Below, in pieces: positions 33,868-36,528 of a stretch of DNA of 36,528 nucleotides (position 1 is its first letter; each line of letters starts with the position of its first letter). The position numbers and the translations under genes were made by a program. Source of the DNA: Tubiluchus corallicola (Eukaryota; Animalia; Priapulida). The stretch is from the NCBI GenBank assembly GCA_030141605.1, contig JAQGDQ010001524.1, positions 1-36,528 of the forward strand, written 5' to 3'. The notes beneath the pieces are model-generated. The model ran no database searches, was not told the DNA's origin, and was given only the letters and a program-made list of their open reading frames with translations.

Positions 33868-34552
33868 AGGACAAGAAAAGGGGTACCTGAAGTAGGTTTC
33901 GAAAAAATTACCTTAAAAATTATATTACTTTACGGCAGTTTTATGCGTATATCGTACTCGCGTTGAAAGGATTTTTTGTTTGTTATTTTTTCAATCTCCC
34001 GCAAGACTGCTCCGACCTCACCATTACTAATGATGACGTCACCTAAACAGGGGAAGAAGAGGCAATGTTAAATTATGTCCCAAAAAAACTTTCCATGCAA
34101 ATCTAAGCTACTTAGCTTTTCGCTTACCTGCTGGAAACACTTATGTAACTAGAAAAGAAAATTATTAATTATTTAAGATGTTTTCACCAATTGGTAAAAT
34201 GTCGCTGACTCATCCTCTAGGGTGCACCACTCACTAATAAAAAAAACGTATTTTTAATCTTATTGACAAGATACTGTAACTTTAAATTTTATTTATTTAG
34301 TGACGTGTGCACTACGAATTCTCTGATTATTTTTTCAAACTTTACAAAATGCTATCTAAACTTCTTTCAAATGACCTGTCGAGAAAATGGCTGCGTCTAA
34401 CGGTCATCCCAGGAGTTTAAATTTACATGTTTTATACAGCGTAACTGCCGATTGAAATCCTGCACGCAAAAAGGCAGTATGAAAGCGATATAAAATTTCA
34501 AAACGAATTTTTTAAGCTTTATGTAAGTGGAGGGTTTTCTTGTGCTTTAAGC
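33868..34552 (+). mobile_element. Kolobok-like family B copy 2
   Basis: TTAA|AGGACAAGAAAAGGGGTACC...; collinear with copy 1. Confidence 0.7.
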
Positions 34553-34910
34553 TGCAACTTGTACTAACCAGTAGGATAATCCGCCCCCTGGCTGTAGTAC
34601 ACTTTATATTTTAACACTTTTATGGCTTCATTTTTAAAAAGATTTAATAAATGGGCTGATGCCGTAGACACGCCAATGTTGGACAAATATATTCGGGCAT
34701 TATATAAACGCAGCACTTCTGCTTTCCTTTAATAATAACAATATTGATAAATTATTATTAGTCGATATTAGTCATAAATTTTGGAGTAAAATAAATTTAA
34801 AATAGTTAAAAATTTTACTCAGTCAGCTAAACCTATTACATAAAATTTGTTACGTTCTTACAAAATGCATTCTTCATACATAAAGAAGAAAAACTGTTTA
34901 TTTACCATTT

Positions 34911-35694
34911 TGTCATTTCCAGTGAAGCCTGAAGCTCATTTTCCGTACGACAGTCGCTGTAGGTCAAAGGTTAAGCATGTCACAGCAACCTGTCTTAACT
35001 ACAACCGTCACGTGACTTGTGGGTGAAGGAAAGTGGTCTGTCGCATCAGTTCAGCAACTCCAGTATTTTGTCATTTTCAGTGAAGCCTGAAGCTCATTCT
35101 CCGCACGCGCAGTTACTGTAGGTCAAAGGTTAAGCATGTCACAGCAACCCGTCTTAACTACAACCGTCACGTGACATGTGGGTAAAGGAAAGCCGTCTGT
35201 CTCATCAGTTCAGGAACGCCAGTTGTTTTACGTGGACTTTACTAGCAGGATCTTGCTTGGAAACAAGAATAAAATGAACTAGGTAAGGTTCCAGCTAGCT
35301 GTTAAAATTGTTACAGTTACAATAGCATGGGCTGCATTTGCAAGGATGGTGTAGCGCACGCAGGGAAGGCTATAGTCATCAGTCCATGCTGAACTTTATA
35401 GCACAATAGTGGCTTGGTGAAACAACACTGTTCTCCACTTATTGAATACAGCTTACATATAGCAATAATACTTTCTTAGCAATATTAAAAGAACAGTACA
35501 CAAATACTGTACCAGTAAAATACTAGTATAGCATATTAAGCAGCTATCATTATTAATAATTATACTAAATTAACACGATTATATGTATGTATATATTATA
35601 TGTATGTCAAGCGTGCACAAATGCGCTGTCTAGTACACTTGACCTTTGACCTTTTGTCGATCACCATCAATCTTGGGACAGTGAAGTGGCCTAT
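34911..35694 (+). mobile_element. TIR element family C copy 2 (5' ~158 bp tandemly duplicated; ~270-bp unrelated insert)
   Basis: Same AGGTCAAAGGTTAAG...GTCACGTGAC...CTAGCAGGATCTT...TGACCTTTGACCT...GTGAAGTGGCCTAT order as 16571-17116. Confidence 0.75.
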
Positions 35695-36003
35695 TATGAT
35701 AGTAAGTGCTTGCAATTACAATAAAGACGTTAGTAAATAGAAACACAGAAGGCAAAACGTGGAAGACAAGAACACATTAAAACTTTAAACGACACGAAAA
35801 CCCTTTAACCCTTTACTTGCATGAAGCTAAAAAATTCCTCTAGAAACCTTGATCACTTACGTACTGTTTTGTTGCATCCAGCTCTTGTATGATGTAACTT
35901 TAAACAAATTTTGTAAAATTTAAACTCCACCGATTTTGACGATAGGTCATTTGGAACAAGTTTAGATAACATTGGGTAACATTGCAAACTGCTTCATTGG
36001 CGA

Positions 36004-36403
36004 ATCTTTTTTTCTGTTCAATGTCTGTCAGTCTTTTTACCCTTCGTGTTCTATATTAGGGTCCTGAAGGCTTCCATTCTGATACGGTTTATTTTGATAC
36101 GGAAATAACTTACGTATTAGTTCGTTTCATAATAAAGCGTTGGGCGCTTAAAATACGAGAAAACCCTCAACTTACATAAAGCTTGAAAATTGGTGTTGAA
36201 ATTTTATCACACTTACCTACTGAATTTTTGCATGCAGGGCTTGAGTCGGCAGTAACGCTATATAAAACGTGTTACTTTAAACTCCCGCGATGACTGTTAG
36301 GCGTAGCCATTTTAGTAGTAGGTCGTTTGAAACAAGTTCAGACAACTTTGCATGAAGTTTGAAAAAATAATCACAGCATTCGTAGCGCCCTCTTCGCTAA
36401 CTA
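36004..36403 (-). mobile_element. Family B copy 3 (internal fragment, inverted)
   Basis: Reverse complement aligns to ~32350-32691 and ~34300-34550. Confidence 0.72.
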
Positions 36404-36528
36404 AGCAAAAGTGACTTCATATTTGGTACTAAACGCATCCAGTAGTTCCTATCTGATATGAAATGCGTCAGTCTTAAATATTCGTACATCCATATTTTTA
36501 AACTGTCATTTATTACTAATATCTAATG

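Noticed and set aside
35795-35830. TTAA|CCCTTT possible second piggyBac-like end
   Set aside because: No matching opposite terminus in the window.

Overview
AT-rich, repeat-dense animal genomic DNA, probably from a spiralian/lophotrochozoan invertebrate (inferred from homeodomain residues only). The only host coding sequence I can support is the terminal, homeobox-containing exon of a Hox1/labial gene (+ strand, 14562-14959). Its hexapeptide-bearing upstream exon is not visible, so the first ~14.5 kb is probably intron. The rest is a mosaic of: non-autonomous DNA transposons (two Kolobok-like TTAA families, a piggyBac-like MITE, a Tc1/mariner derivative, several foldback/TIR elements); 3' fragments of LINEs (CR1/Crack-, RTE-, RTEX- and I-group-like); Penelope-type repeats carrying minimal hammerhead ribozymes; TE-associated minisatellites; and many microsatellites, which explain most entries in the ORF track. 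Several non-repetitive islands carry motif clusters (Hox/Pbx, CAGGTA, CTCF, Rel/CRE/Ets, Pumilio) that are candidate Hox1 regulatory elements. All calls were made by eye; TE family names are motif-based, not database hits.
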